From Sphyrna mokarran (taxonomy: Eukaryota): a stretch of 64,000 nucleotides of DNA. Positions 1 through 14,105 of this stretch are shown here, one piece after another. The notes under the pieces were generated by a model that was not told the DNA's origin, did no database searches, and saw only the letters and a list, made by a program, of their open reading frames with translations. Positions within the stretch are counted from its first letter, which is position 1. Each line of letters starts with the position of its first letter. Where the stretch lies: NCBI GenBank assembly GCA_024679065.1, contig JAGIQG010000012.1, positions 52,762,001 to 52,826,000 on the forward strand, given 5' to 3'. The position numbers and the translations under genes are program-made.

Positions 1-2884
1 TTGAATCGTCTGAGGAATGTGATATTTGAGTTGAATTATAGTGTTTAAATTATTGATAAATTTCAACTTTCAAGATCTCAATAGTGTATCCAGTTGGGGA
101 GCAAGAATTACTGACAACAACTTCTGGGTTTCTGCAGTTCATTGTACAAGATAGTATGCTAGAAATTGCTGTCAGAGTAATGATGGCATTCATTGACAAT
201 TTTTCCATTACTATAACTACAAAGTCTAAGCCAATAACCTTTTGAAGCAGATTGTAATCGGTTAGCAAAGGTAACTCCCTTAAACACAAAAATCAAGAAG
301 ACCTCATAAAAGTGGTATGAAGCCATCACAACATACTGAATGCAAAGTATTCAAAAAGTACACAAGACATTCCCCAAACAAAGCCTTGGTGTTTTAGCTG
401 CTAATCAGAATCTTGGTTTAAGGATGATGTCCTTGGTTAATATTTACATACATGACTGACAGGGTCCTGATAACATGCCTGAACAAAGCTATAATTACTA
501 AGCTCTCATCCTCCTCCTCATACGGCAAACAGAGGGAGTGAGGTCCATAGCTGGGAGGCTTTTCCACTCTTACAGTGCAGGATAATATACTTTGCAGTAT
601 TTCATTAGTCTGCTGATACCAGCTCTAACTTTACAAGTTCATTATCACATTAAGCTGTTTACTGGACATATTCAAACTTTCAAAAGAACACAACCATTTC
701 TGCACAAATATTCCCTTTAATTAAATTAATTTATTTTTAAAATTTGATTTAGTAGCCACCACAAAGTACTTTTTCAAAACAAAGTTTTTATGCAGTATGT
801 TAGAGGAGGAAAAACAGAAGTTGTATCCCTAGCTTACACTCACTTGTCTCTAAGTTTCTGGTTCAGAGTAGCAAAAAGACAAAAAACAAAAAACTGACAT
901 GAAGTATAGAGGAGCAGGTTAGCATCCAATAACAAAGATCTGACATGCATTTTAGCACTTAGATCAGAATCTAGCAGGAAGATAACTGGTGATCCCCTGT
1001 GTTCAATAGTAGCGGGAGAAGGAGTTAACAGAGGAAATCGCAATACTCTACCAGAAAAGCAAATATGTTTAGTAAAGTTAAAGTCAACATGGCAGATTGT
1101 TCATTATACCAAAAGAAGCAATTTTCTTGTCCATTCGTCTTGGGTCAGGGAAGGAAAAGAAGGCACTTCAAAACATTTTATTGCCATCTTCCCCTTCACT
1201 ACTGACACGTACATCATATAGGGCTGTAAATGTTCAAGTTAAACAGTCCATTTTTTATTTTCCAAATAATAATGTCTTGCTCAGCATAATAGCCAGGTAA
1301 CAGAAAACATTAAACAATTCAAGGTTTAGTTCAACCCTAGACGTTTATATATGTTTAATTTTCAGTCCATTGGTTTATAATGTCACAAAGAGCAATGGTT
1401 AAATGGCAGCATTTTAACAATCAGCTATCCACAATTCTATATTAAATTTAAATGATGGTTTTAACCAGGACAGGGCAGAACAGAATATATATTACACAAT
1501 AACTGTATAACACGAGTGTTGAAATGTGCATTCCTGATGTTAAGAAGCTTTGTGCTGAGAGTGCAAATTATATTTCCTCTTGTTATCAATTTCCTGCCCA
1601 AATTATGCACATTGCAGGGCATTCTCTCCTCCCCACTGTCTTGTGGTGTTTTGAAAGATTATATCATCAATACTAACTGCTCCAATTGAAATTGGCAGTA
1701 CCAATTTTAAAAATATAATGGGCAGAGTAACTCAAAATTTCCATACATATCATGAAGAATGAATCTTTTATTATTATTCTGTTGCTCAGTGCCAATTGTT
1801 ATATTTTGAAGCTCGGGAAGTTTTCAAAACCTAATTTGGAACAATTTGATTTGCTACATATGCTTTTGATATTATGTCCTAGCTTAGCCAGCGAGAACTT
1901 TGTAGGCTGTTTATTAATGCATGGGTTTTGCAATTTTAATGATTGCATTAAAATGGACTCTTAACATTCTTCGTTATTCGATGCATTTGTGATCAGTTCC
2001 CCCCCCGTCTGTGCCAAGTGCTGGCATTGCTGATTTCAGCTGACGCAATTTACATTGCCATGTGCTTTGAAAGATTATACCACTAATGTGGGGAAGGGAA
2101 TTCTGCACCACACGCATTCTGGAAAACGAACAAGAAAGTTTATGGATTTATATTCCCAGCAGGAAGCTTCACGACATTAGAAAGACAGACTTGAAATTTC
2201 ATTTGTTGCCCTCAAACCCAAGCTATTCCAACATTAAAAGAATTCTCATGGTAAAACACTATGCCGTTACTGAAGTGGTGCCATTTTAAAATTTCTTTCT
2301 AATCTGCTTCTACACTTTGACTGTCTGAGGTGGCTTTCAACATCTGATAAGCTATGCTCTGGGCCGGATGAGGGATGGGGGGCAGCAATGCCATTACTTT
2401 TTAAGCTGAGCGCCTGGTACTCTTGCCTAATCAATATTCCATCCAATAGTTTTTGATGCTCACTGAGCCTTTCTCCAATCCCAACTGCAAGCATCAATTC
2501 GCTGACAACAAATGTTGCTTTTTGCTGTCTTTGGCCTCCCAAGGCTGTTCCAAGATGTCTTGTAATTCGGAGAATTCTGCACTTAAAGCACACATTCTCA
2601 GTTTCTGCTTACATATGGATACATGGACTTTTAATTTTTTTTATTGCTGGGCACCAATTCTGAACCAAAGTCTTTCTGATGTGTAGGGTAATTTTGAGCT
2701 TCTTTACACACCATATTCACATACACAACACAAGGACTCTAATGGGAACATATGACAACAGTGGACATCAACACACCAGCTGGTCCACTGAAACATTCCC
2801 ACGCGTTCCTGCTACCATAAGCATCTCTCATCCGTAAACAGTTTGACATCTGTAAATTATTCACTAGCCCCCTTTATACATTGA

Positions 2885-5428
2885 CCATGATTTATATAAT
2901 GAAATTAGAGGTGTATTTGAGAAGGGAATATCAGTGATCATGAGTGATTTTAATCTGCACATTCATTGGGCAAATCAAATTAGTCACAATATCATAGAGA
3001 AGAAATTCTTAGATACAGGATAGTTTTCTTGTTTACAGGATAGTTTTTTTGTTTAATTTGTGGAAGGAGCCAACTAGAGAGCAGGCCATCTTAGAATGGA
3101 TACTGTGTAATGAGAAGGGTATCATTGCCAATCTAACTGTATGAGACCCCTTGGGGATGAGCAAGCATAACATGATAGATTTTTTTTTAATTAAGATGGA
3201 GAGTGAACTAGCTGATTTGAAGACTACAGTACTGAATCTTAATATAGGAAACTATGAACATATATGAGGCACGAGTTGGCCTTGATAGATTAGGGAGAGT
3301 TATTTAAAGGGATGACAGTGGATAGACAATGGCAAACATTCAAGAAACACATGGGGGAACTGTTGATTTCTATTTGGCACAAAAGCAAAATAGGTAAGAG
3401 GGCCAATCCATGGCTTACAAAGGAAATTAGAGAGAGCATCCAATATAAGGAATAAGCATACAGATTTGCCAAGAAAAGTAATAGGTCTGAGGGTTGGGAG
3501 CAGTTTAGAATTCAACAAAGAAGGAATAAGGGATTGATTACAAGAAAATACAGTATGAAAATAAGCTTGCAGGGAACAAAAAGACTGAACTTAAGTTTGT
3601 ATAGATAAGTGACGAGAAACAGGTTGGTGAAGACAAATGTTGGTCCCCTACAATCAGAGATGGGGGAACGTCGAATAGGGGACAAAAAAATGGCCGAACA
3701 ACTGAATACATACACTGGTGTCCTCTTTCGTGAAGACAGAATCAATGAGATGCCAGAAATGTTGAGAATGCAAGGATTTAAAGAGAGAGTAGGACTGAGG
3801 GAGATCAATAAATATTAGTAGAGAAATAGTACTGGGAAAGTTGATGGGATTGAAGGCTAATAAATTCCCATGTCTGATAACCTACATCCCAGATACTTCA
3901 GGAAATAGCTCTACAAATAGTGAATGCATTGGTGGTCATCTTCCAGGATATAATAGACTTTGGAACAGTCTCTACAGATCGAAAGGTAGTTAATGTCACT
4001 CCAATATTCAAAAGAAAGGTAGAGAGAAAACAGAAAATTACAGGGCCAGTAAACTTAACATCAGTAATGGGGAAAGTTCTCAAATCCATTACCAAAGACT
4101 TTATAGCAGAGCATTTAGAAAACAGTGACAGGATCAGGCAGAGTCAACATGCATTTATGAAGGGGAAATCATGCTTGACAAAACTGTTGGAATTCTTTGA
4201 AGATATAACCAGTAGAGTTGATAATGAGGAACCAATAGATGTGGTATATTTGGACTTCCAGAAAGTGTTGGACAAAGTTCCGCACAAGAGATTATTGTGC
4301 AAGATTAAAGCGCATGACACTGGAGGAAGTGTGTTGAGATGAATAGAAAACTGGTTGTTAGACAGAAAACAGAGATGGAATTAAAGAATATTTTTCAAAT
4401 TGGCAGGCAGTAACTAGTAGGATGCCATAGGAATTAATGCTCACAATATATATAAATGATTTGGACGAAGGAACAAAACGTAACATCTCAAAGTTTACAG
4501 ATGATATCAAGTTGGGTGGGAGGATGAACTATGACAAGGATGCAGCGCATCTTCAGAATGATCTGGACAGGTTGGGTGAGTGGGCTAATCAATTGCAAAT
4601 GCAGCATAATTTGGATAAGTGTGACGTTATTCATTTTGAAAGCAAAAATCAAGGAAGCAGCTTACTATCTGAATGGCTGCAGATTGGGAGAAGGGAGTGT
4701 GCACTGGGACCTGGGTGTCCTTGTGCACCAGTCACTGAAGGCAAGAATGCAAGGTGCAGCAGGCAGTAAAGGCAGCAAATGGCATGTTGGTCTTCATTGG
4801 GAGAGATTTTGAGCACAGGAGCAGAGATGTGTTGTTGCAACTATACAGGGTCTTGGTGAGGTCACACCTATAATATTGTGTGCAGTTTGATCTCCTTTTC
4901 TGAGGAAAGATGTTCTTGCTCTCAAGGGAGGGCAGCAAAAGTTTACCAGATTGATTCCAGGGATGGCAGGATGATGTATAAGGAGAGATTGACTAGGTTA
5001 GGCTTTTTGTTACAGTTCAAATGAACGATGGGAGAAGTTCATAGAAACTTATAAAATTCTAACAGGTCTCCACAGGATAGGTGCAGGGAGGATGTTCCTG
5101 AAGATGGGGAGTCCAGAATCAGAGGGTCACAGTCTGAAGATTCAGAGTAGACCATTCAGGACTGAGGTGAGGAGACATTTCTTCATCCAAAACGTGATGA
5201 GCTTGTGGAATTCATTACCGCAGGAAGTAGTTAATGTCAAAACATTAAATGCATTCAAGAGGTGGCTGGATGTAGCACATGGGGCAAATAGGATTCAAGG
5301 TTATGGGGAGAAAGCAGGATTGTGCTCTTGAGTTGGATGATTAGCCATGATCTTAATGAATGGCAGAGCAGGCTCTAAGGGCCAAATGGCCTACTCCTGC
5401 TCTTATCTTCTATATTTCCATGTTTCTA
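2885..5428 (+). mobile_element. CR1-clade LINE, 5'-truncated and decayed ORF2 (APE tail + RT + 3' end)
   Basis: IMSDFNLHI endonuclease motif near 2940. RT motifs GKSCLTKLL, DVVYLDFQKVLDKVPH, YINDLD and SKFTDD. C-terminal GHSLKI...FFIQNVMSLWNSLP. Typical CR1 3' tail ggccaaatggcctactcctgc...atgtttcta. Multiple stops and frameshifts. Confidence 0.93.
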
Positions 5429-6194
5429 TAAATTTCTCGTGACCACTATGAAATGTCGTATCCCTTTGTCTCTTCCCCATGAGGGAACTGGTTAGCAGTC
5501 TTCTGAAGGTATAGAACAAATACAACTTCATTGTATGAAATAGAAACTTGCTCCATTAATCTATTTATTATTCCCTCTGGGAAAAACCTGGCACTTAATC
5601 TAGTTCTACTCTTGAGTAACATATATGCGAGTTCCAATGTCCTCCATAATATCAAACTGAAATAATCTATCAGCACGAACATACCTTTATGCTGGAACCT
5701 TGCCACTTCTGAATTCCTTCACATTTTTACTTCACTTCCACAATATGTTTGCCTAATTCTCTCAGCCATTTACATAGCTCTGCACTCCACCCAGGCAAAA
5801 ATGCAGTTTACAAGTTTGCATTTATGTCAGTAATTAGCAAGCACAAATATACACCCATATATTAAGTGCAGTACAGTATGTAACTGAAAGCTTAATAATT
5901 ACTTTCTTCACAATATTTTGTGTGTTGATGTTTTCTCACTGAAATTTGCACTTTTTTTTTACTGAAAAACCCGCAGCCGAATTTTTTCCCTCATGTCCGT
6001 CTTTCCCACACTTTGAGAAGGACTAAACAGCTGGAATGCCTTTCTGATGGACATATTTCTGTTCTACATAACAAAAAAGAGAAAGGATAGCAGAGACAAA
6101 AGGCTCCGAGAGCAAGCTGATGTGAGAGAAGACAGCAGTCCAGGACTCTTACCTCTACTTGCGACACTACAACTATACTGTTTTGGAGTAATTT

Positions 6195-6306
6195 TTGGTG
6201 GGAATCCTCCAATCTCATTCAGTCTGCCATTGCTATCAATGAGAATGGAGAATCTGGCCCTCAGCCAAAACTCCATTCACTGCAGTGGGATTGGAGAATC
6301 CCAGCC
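6195..6306. mobile_element. GC-rich MITE-like element fragment
   Basis: ggtgggaatcctcc...ggagaatcccagcc termini and internal ggagaatc motifs shared with copies at 21975 and 24492. Confidence 0.5.
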
Positions 6307-8785
6307 ATGGATGAAGTCAGAGAATTCAAGCCTTTGTTTTTCTATAATGAAATAAATTATGCGGGAAATTTAAGCACAAGTTTCCTTTGGCAAGATTATG
6401 TAAATTTCAGCATTAATTTGATCAGGAACGTTTTGGGCTATGTGGTTTCCTTATGCTTTAACATGATTTCTTTAAAAATATTCAAATTATATTAAGGTAT
6501 TTATATTATCCCAACCTAAAAGTGATGAGTCAATGGCAATGATCTGATTCAAGTCTTTCACTATTTTATTAAAGTTAACATTTTTGGAGTGTAAATCCAT
6601 TGATGGTTCTTCAGTCCTTTTAGTTTTACTGATAACTGACATCCAATATTATGGTTACAGTTGCTCAGTTATTCATCAAATTTGCTTTCAAAGTCCAACT
6701 GTAGCATAATGTTATTGAGTTGGATTTTTTTCCTTTCAACAGGCTACTGCCAGATGATGACAGCACTCATCCAGCATTTTCTGTTCCTAGGATTTTCATC
6801 TGCTCCATCAAACAGGCCTGGAGTGGTAATGACATGCCTCATAGGTTTACTGCCATTGTATGGGTTGGAAATGCAACACTTAACATGCTGCAATTGTTTT
6901 AAGAACTGAAACCAGGGTGTCAGCAATGCAAGATTTCTTTCTGCTCTACACATTTCCAATTTATATCTGTGGAAATCCCTTTGAAAGAAATAAGGACTAG
7001 AAGAGTGACTGTTGGAGACTGATGACAAGAAAGCACATAATGTACATTTGGACAGTATAGAGGGAGCTAGAAGACGAGTGAAATCTCCATCATGCAAAGA
7101 ACTGCTAAGTATTGAAGCAACATCACAACGTTAAAACATACACGTTTGTGAAGGTTTGGGAATAGAAAAAGAAAGAGTGACGTTACTGTATGGTGAATAG
7201 GAAAATGAATGCTTCCAACGAGGTAATTTGTGTCTAAGGTTTTAAGATTCCACACTTCAGAACAAACAACAATAAAGGATCCATCAGTATCATGGCAACA
7301 GTGGCAAAGAGTCCCCATACATATTATTGGGAATAAAGGCACAGAGGAGAAATCAACCACCTACAACACAAAGTCTCTCATCATTTGCTGAACAGCCTGG
7401 AGATGTCAGTCTGGAGACTAGTGCAGCACCGAAAAACCAGAAACAGCCTTGATAGTGGTGACTCAAGATGGCAGACCAGCATTAGTTGCTTTGAATTGAA
7501 CACTTTCACCAGATATTGAAAGACTTGATTGGGTCTGATACCTCAAAGCTTGTGCCCAGCAACAGCAAGCTGTGACAAATGATCACAGACATTGCTACAG
7601 ACAGCCAGATTGTTTCTTAAGACCTCTTTAGATTGCTATGCATAATTGAGCTTAAAACATTTGGCTGGCATCCTTTGCTGATGCAAGAGAAAGGATAGAA
7701 GCTGATTCCCAACTGCGACCGTTGCTTTACTTATATATGAATCCCCTCAAGTTCAAAAGCTCCGAAGAACATTTCAGCATCTATCAATTAACTTCATCTC
7801 ACTCAGGGTGCATCTTATAGTACTAGTTGACTAGACATTTAAGAAAGTCATTTAGCAGACACAAAAGGAACACACTATTAGGTAGTAGTTATAAATAGTG
7901 AACAATTCTGATGGTACCTTTTGTGCATAACATACACTGGTTGAACACACAGAGCTTGGAGTTTATTTTGTGCGCGCTTTTTTGGATCTTGGTAGTAAGT
8001 AACAGAAACATTCTGTCTTAAGAAGGAAATGATTGAAATCTTTGACAGTAAAGGACTTGTGATTTTTTTTGATGCGTCAATTTTATTCAGACCCCACTGA
8101 ACAATAAGTTGTTGCACGTTTTCCCGAAATGCTAACTGTTTTATTCTATGTCCTTTTGATAGTACAGAACTTGAACCAAAAAGCTCTCACCTTCTGAAAG
8201 GAACAAGTCTTTCTCCCCTTTGCAAAGATAGAGTGCAACAAGTTACAAGTTTCTGGAAACTCCAGCTGTGCTATATTGCAGAGCTTCAGCAGACATGTTC
8301 AGTTCTTTAAAAGGGAACTTCAGGATATCCAACAACCTCCTCCATCATAATTCTGAGAGTTGTTATAGGCCTTCTTATGCCTGTTTCCCTATGCTGTCTG
8401 CAGTAATGAACTATTATTATGACTAGCAGGAGACAGCCATGTTGATCAATCAACTATTCTGACAGATGACTTTGAGCATTTGGCGCTGGTATGTAGACAG
8501 ATTCTGATGGAAATTCCTTGGCCAGTTTTAGTTGCAAAATTGAAGAAAAACAGCAACAAGCTTCCTAAGCACCAAACAGTTCAACACATAGGCAAAGTCC
8601 TACCAGTTCTCAGCTGCAGTAGACACGATAGGGACGTGGTCTGTAAGGTAGGGCTTTGTGGGTTGAAGGGCCTGTATAGCTTTTTCTATGTTTTTGTGTT
8701 TCTAAGATTGTCATTTCAATCTTAGAGATCTTAACAATGTTCAAATTGCCACTTACTGTTTGACCGTGATAGTAATAATCACTAC

Positions 8786-8985
8786 GAAGTCTCACAACAT
8801 CAGGTTAAAGTCCAATTGGTTTAGTTTGTAACACAAGCTTTCGGAGCACTGGTCCTTCATTAGATGACTAGAGAGTTAGGTTCACAAACACGACCTATGT
8901 AGACACAAATTCAACTGCATGATAATGGTCAGAATGTGAGACTTCTTACTGTGCCCACGTCAGTCCAATGCCGTCATCTCCACAT
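8786..8985 (-). mobile_element. Penelope-type terminal-repeat element with a mutated minimal hammerhead ribozyme
   Basis: gaagtctcacaacatcaggttaaagtccaa... is shared with 23277 and 53509. The minus strand reads CTAATGA-aggaccagtgctcc-GAAA-gctt. Confidence 0.7.
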
Positions 8986-9649
8986 AAATATTAATCAGGG
9001 TAGGTTTGGACTAAAAAAATCGGGGTGGTTTGGGAATGGAGAAATGAGTCACGTCCATGAGTTTGAAGGCAATGAGGTGGATTCCTATTGAGTCTTAAAG
9101 GGGACAGCCAATGTCCCCCTGACAGCTAATACAAATTTAAGCTTTTGTGGAGGTAAGCCTATATTATTTCATTCAGAGACCTTAAATGGCCAGAAAATTA
9201 AAACCAACTGCTGAAAACCTGGCCCTTTATATGTTCTTACCAATGGTTCAAGAATCAAGAGTTTACTTTGACTTGTAACAGCTGCTTCCAGAATTATCTT
9301 TCACTTCAGGAAAAGATGCTCAAAAGATGTGAAAAAAAATTCTTGGAGAAGACCAAATCTCCAGGAAAATATATTTTTATTCTCAGTTTTCTAGTCACCT
9401 ACAAATTTAAAGTTAACTTTTAAATTTTCCACATGAAAAAACATTTTTTCTTTGTTCCTGTAATGCAAGTGGTGGATGTATTTTGATACACATGGAATTA
9501 AGTCAGAATAAGAATGTCCCACTCACTCCATTCATTACTGTGTCAGTACTTGCTCCTGCGTGCCATACGCATGCCTCTGGGTTTGGGATTTCAACTTCAA
9601 ATAATACCAAAAGTTAATTTTAAGGTGCAGCAAACACTTCTTTAAAATA

Positions 9650-10095
9650 TTCTTTTTCTATTCCTTCATAAGCTGTGGTGTTGCTGACAAGGCCATCATT
9701 TATTGCCCAGGTTCACTTGCCCTTGAGGGGGAAGAGATGCCTTCTCATGTCACTGCAGCCCATGTGGATTATACTTTTTTGGTAGCAATCTCATAATAAC
9801 TGAGAAATTTACTAGAATATTTCATAGAGCAGTTGAGAGTCAACCACACTTTGTGGCTCAGGAATTATATTAAAAACCAGGTGGATATGGAAGGCAGGTT
9901 TACTTCCTTAATGGATATTAGTGTCTCAAATGGGTGTTTATGAAAATTGCTCACTTCATATTCAGTAAAATTGATATTGACTTTTTTTATTCCTGATAGA
10001 ATTAATTAACTAAATTTAAATTCTCTAACTGCTCTATTAGAATTCAAACTCAGGCCTCTGAATTATTAATCCAGGCCTCTGTCTAGTTTACTAGC
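9650..10095 (-). mobile_element. tRNA-derived SINE with CR1/L2-group LINE tail, decayed
   Basis: Tail motif ...ggccatcatttattgccc... (also at 14640, 55390, 62395, 63935). Body gagagtcaaccacac...ggcaggtttacttcc is shared with 56180. Confidence 0.65.
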
Positions 10096-12159
10096 TTACA
10101 AGTTCAGTAGCATCCACCAGTCAAACATTTTCTCGAAACATGATCTCCAAAACACCCGTTAAGAATCTTGGAATTCCTTGTAATAAAAACAGAATTGAAC
10201 ATGATCAGCCACCTGTAATGCAATGACCTTGGGCAGAGGCCTGCATTCATGCTTATTTTTTAATGGAGGGCAGGGGTGTGGTGGAGGGAGTCATTATTTT
10301 GTTTCTTTCCACTGCACCAGCTTCTTGAAAGTTGCTTTTCAGTGTTCACAACTTTTCCATGCACACTTTTACTTATGTATTGCTGATTCCACAGAGTGAC
10401 TGGTAAAGCCCCTCTTGGCAATGACGTTTTGCCTCCTGTTAACAGTCCACTGACATGCTCAAGGTCCATACGTGCTTTAGCTTCTGCACCATCAGAAAAG
10501 CAGCAGGCTCATAAACGGAGACATCCATCAATAAATACAACAAATGCAACAAACCAGCTAGTGGCACCCATGTTCCACTAATGAAGAAAACATGATGGGT
10601 GCTTTCACGAATTAGAATCATGATGAGGGTTAACTTCCCATGGTGGCCAGCAATGATGGTAGTATTGTACGTGCCTACACCAGGTCTGGACACTGAATTG
10701 AAAATTGGCAATATATAATGCAAGTATAAAATCCTTAATGTTTGCTACTTAACTGCTCACTGTATTTTTTATATCATACTTAAAAATATTGTGCCAAATC
10801 TTCCACTCTCCGAATGGTCGGGGACTGGATGTACAATTAAATTGTGCATTGGGACCTTGTGGAAGTACCGATGTGCTAACCTACGTGGAAATTGCCTGGG
10901 AAGGATCAACTTCCATTGGGCAATTCCCCTGCTTCCAGGATCCTCTGCAAATGTCTCCATTTTGGAGATAGAACTGGAGACTTCGGACAATTTCATGAGT
11001 TATTACTTAAATAATTATCCAGGAAATGCTAAACAGATTAAAACCTGGTCTAGCATCTGAATAACTACAAAACTAATGTCCCACCAAAAGCCCTCTATCA
11101 ACCACCTGAATACTTCCCGACCATCTGAATTCCCCCAATCTGAGCACCCTCCTGATCTGACTAGTCTTCCCAGCTCACTTATCTCATCCATTCACTCATC
11201 CACTAACATTCAAACGGGACATTTAAAAATACCATGAAACAACTAATGCCATTAGAAGTGGGGGTGTTCTTCAGATTCTCTTCACAGGTCTCTGCACCAA
11301 TTCCTGCGCTCGGAATTTTTCAGGATGCTGTGTTTCAGAAGTTGGATCCTTTTAAACATAACCAGGTAAGTAAGCTCTTTCCTGATTAATTAATTTCAGA
11401 AACAGTTCCAACCAGATCAAAAGATTTGAAGCCTTAATCTTGAGTATTTTCCTTTACAAGCGTACTATGATGGCAGCAATACGAGTAGCATGAAAGCTGA
11501 TCAAGTTTTCCCAAATGAAAGCTTTTAATGATCAGAGTGCATCAAATTATCTGCACTTTTTGTTTAATGAATTAGGCCATCTTGCTCCCTCCAAGACTCA
11601 GACTGTTAACTGGGAAAGTATTTTGACCTCCAACACTCGAGACACAAAAAAAACTGTGGAAACAAAGTAGCCCTTTCTCTGACAGAAACCCTCGACCATG
11701 TGTTTCTGCACACCTGTCTCTCCCTCACCCACTGCAAGTTAGTACAAATGTCAGACCCCTGCCGAGGCCTGTCCAAAACACAACATTCCTTCCACAAAGG
11801 GAGCCCTAGAGATTCTATCTTCACTTCCCCATCAGTCATTCCAAATAAATGAACCTCTTGTACTCAAACACAGAACATCTGCTGCCTTCTCACTCAGTCT
11901 CTAATGGGGTTGGAGGGAGGGGGGGAGAATTAAGAAATATGCAAGCGGCTGACATGAAGTGCAAAGGATCGCTTTTCCTTAAACCATTCTAATTGTAATG
12001 CAGCTCCCACATACTTTGAGAATGCCTGCAGCAACAGCACATTTGGAGGGACAGGTGAACTGCAAATCTTAACCTGATGCGTTTGTGTGTTCACCTTTTA
12101 ATAATACCAACTCGCACAACATATGAACAACTATGGCAGAGGCTGGGTTCTTAGTTGCC

Positions 12160-12420
12160 GCTGGGACAAAGGACTTCTGGCCGGTGTGCTGCAGCCCCTG
12201 CGGTGTTTGCAGGAATTTTTCAGACAGTCCCACCGATAGGATTTTCTGGTGTCACCAGAAGTGATCTCCCCCACCCCTGCCGCCGCCGCCCTGCCATTTC
12301 TCAGCAGCAGAGTGTGAGAGAAATGAGAAAACCAACTGACGTTGACAGCCAGTGGGACTGGAAGATCCCATGCTGGCGACCAATGGGCTGTTACTGCAAA
12401 GAATGCCAATGTGGGGGGAA
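12160..12420. mobile_element. GC-rich MITE-like element
   Basis: Shares gggattttctgg / ttgacagc..gtgggactggaagatccc motifs with the 21975 and 24492 copies. Confidence 0.5.
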
Positions 12421-13424
12421 TATCTGGGGTCAAACATTCTGAGAAAAAAGGAATATTCAGTCTTGCTCATGGACTGAACTGAACTTTAAATCATTACTAC
12501 TAAACCCACAGGCTGCACTCTGCTGCAGCAAGGACCAACAAATCCTTCCAGTAACTGGCAAGAACTTTATCAAAAATCAGCTGTACTAGCCAAAACACAA
12601 CATGTTTTCAGCAATAATTTCAACACTAACCTCAACAGTAGTAGCAGGAACAATGCTCTTCTGATCAACACTGTACATGCAATGCCAAGTTAGTCCAAAT
12701 ATTTAGATATGTATATACAAACTCCTGGCAGAATGAGACAAAAATACATAGTTTCATCTGCTTACATAATGTTTTCAACCACATACTTTCATCTGCTTAA
12801 CTTAACAGAGAGTCGCAGCTGCTTTTAATTAACACAATGTGTAAAATCCCTGCTCTATTCCTGTACATTCACTGGCTTGGTATGCTGAAGAGGGGAAAAC
12901 AAAGACTGGGTTTTGCTGAGTGCCAAGACCCAACATTGGGAACGTTTCCTGGTCCCAACATCACTCGTTTCATTAGCACGACCACTTGTTTTATGGGCCA
13001 GCCAACTGATAGGCCACTTTCATGTTATCCACCCAACTAACGACAGTGGGCAGGCTGTGAAAGCAGGAGGGCCCAAGTGCCTTAAGTGAAGAACAGCCAG
13101 CAGCCCCAGTGTAAGGCTATGTGTGGACTGTTGGTCTGGATGGAGGGTGCAACACAAGCTGGAGGTGCAATAATGATGCTATGACTGGCTAAGAACCTTA
13201 AGGGATTAGGAAAGTTGAGAGGGCCAGCAATTTCAGGTGTCCATCCACACACTTTTGACTTTCTCAGCATTCTTTTGCAATCCTCAGAACTACACATCTT
13301 GTAGCTCCTGTCCTTCCTTCCACCAACAGGACAACACTCGTACTCATCTTTATGCTCAGTCAGTCACAGCATCATTATTGCACTCATAGGAAAATCCAAT
13401 CTTTGATTTTTTTTTCCCTCAAAA

Positions 13425-13580
13425 CCTCCCAGCTCTCACTGTTAACTTGTACCCCCTTGTAACTGACCCTTCAACTAAGGAGAACAGCTGCTCTCTATCC
13501 ACCCTCTCCATGCTCCTCAATCTTTAAACCCAAGGGAGGTGCTCATCAGGTCAATCCTCAGTCTTCTCAACTCTACCCAT
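13425..13580 (-). mobile_element. CR1 3' fragment
   Basis: ctctctatccaccctctccatgctcctc...atcaggtcaatcctcagtcttct is the reverse complement of the CR1 RRLRGDLI region. Confidence 0.6.
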
Positions 13581-14068
13581 GCTGTGCACCAAATTGAACA
13601 CATTCACCTCACTACCTGATCCAGTGCCATTACAGTCAGTAAGTAAATTTTGTTCTTGCACTTATGGGGTGAGAACATGCACAAAAAGCACCCCCCCCCA
13701 ATCAAATGTTGAGTAGTGTAATTGTTTTACCATTACAATTCCTAAATTGTCTTGTAATACTTTGAGGAAGTGTTTTGTGCAAAATTTAAATCCTGAATAG
13801 ACAAAGGGCCATAACTTCCTCAGAGTTGCAATCATGCATTAGATTGCCACTCTGTAACCACTTACCTGCACCAAATATCTTCTGTGTCTCTCTTGACCTT
13901 CCTGACTCAAGCTGGGCGAGATCCAGCTGTCACTGAGGCCCAGCACTGAAGTATAAAAGGGTTGAAGTGAAGGACGACATACTTCCTTTTTCACCACACA
14001 CTCTACCATTAGGAAGCTAGGCTGAATGGTCTTATTGACAGCCAGGAAGACGACAAATGGACAGGATT

Positions 14069-14105
14069 GGGGGGGGGGGGGGGGAGAATGGGGTCCAGTA
14101 GGGGG
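14069..14105 (+). repeat. G16 homopolymer with flanking G-runs
   Basis: G x16 at 14069-14084 followed by GGGG and GGGGG. Confidence 0.9.

Noticed and set aside
471-490. p53 response element TAACATGCCT GAACAAAGCT
   Set aside because: The second half-site lacks the conserved core G.
3920-4812. Reverse-transcriptase ORFs as an active or domesticated gene, or a prokaryote-style RT system
   Set aside because: Fragmented CR1 ORF2 with stops, frameshifts, a deleted PQG motif region and FADD>FTDD.
9275-9315. Minus-strand FPEVKDNSG resembling PTPN14 FPVKDNHG
   Set aside because: Out of exon order, no suitable splice sites, and the flanks do not match. Chance similarity.
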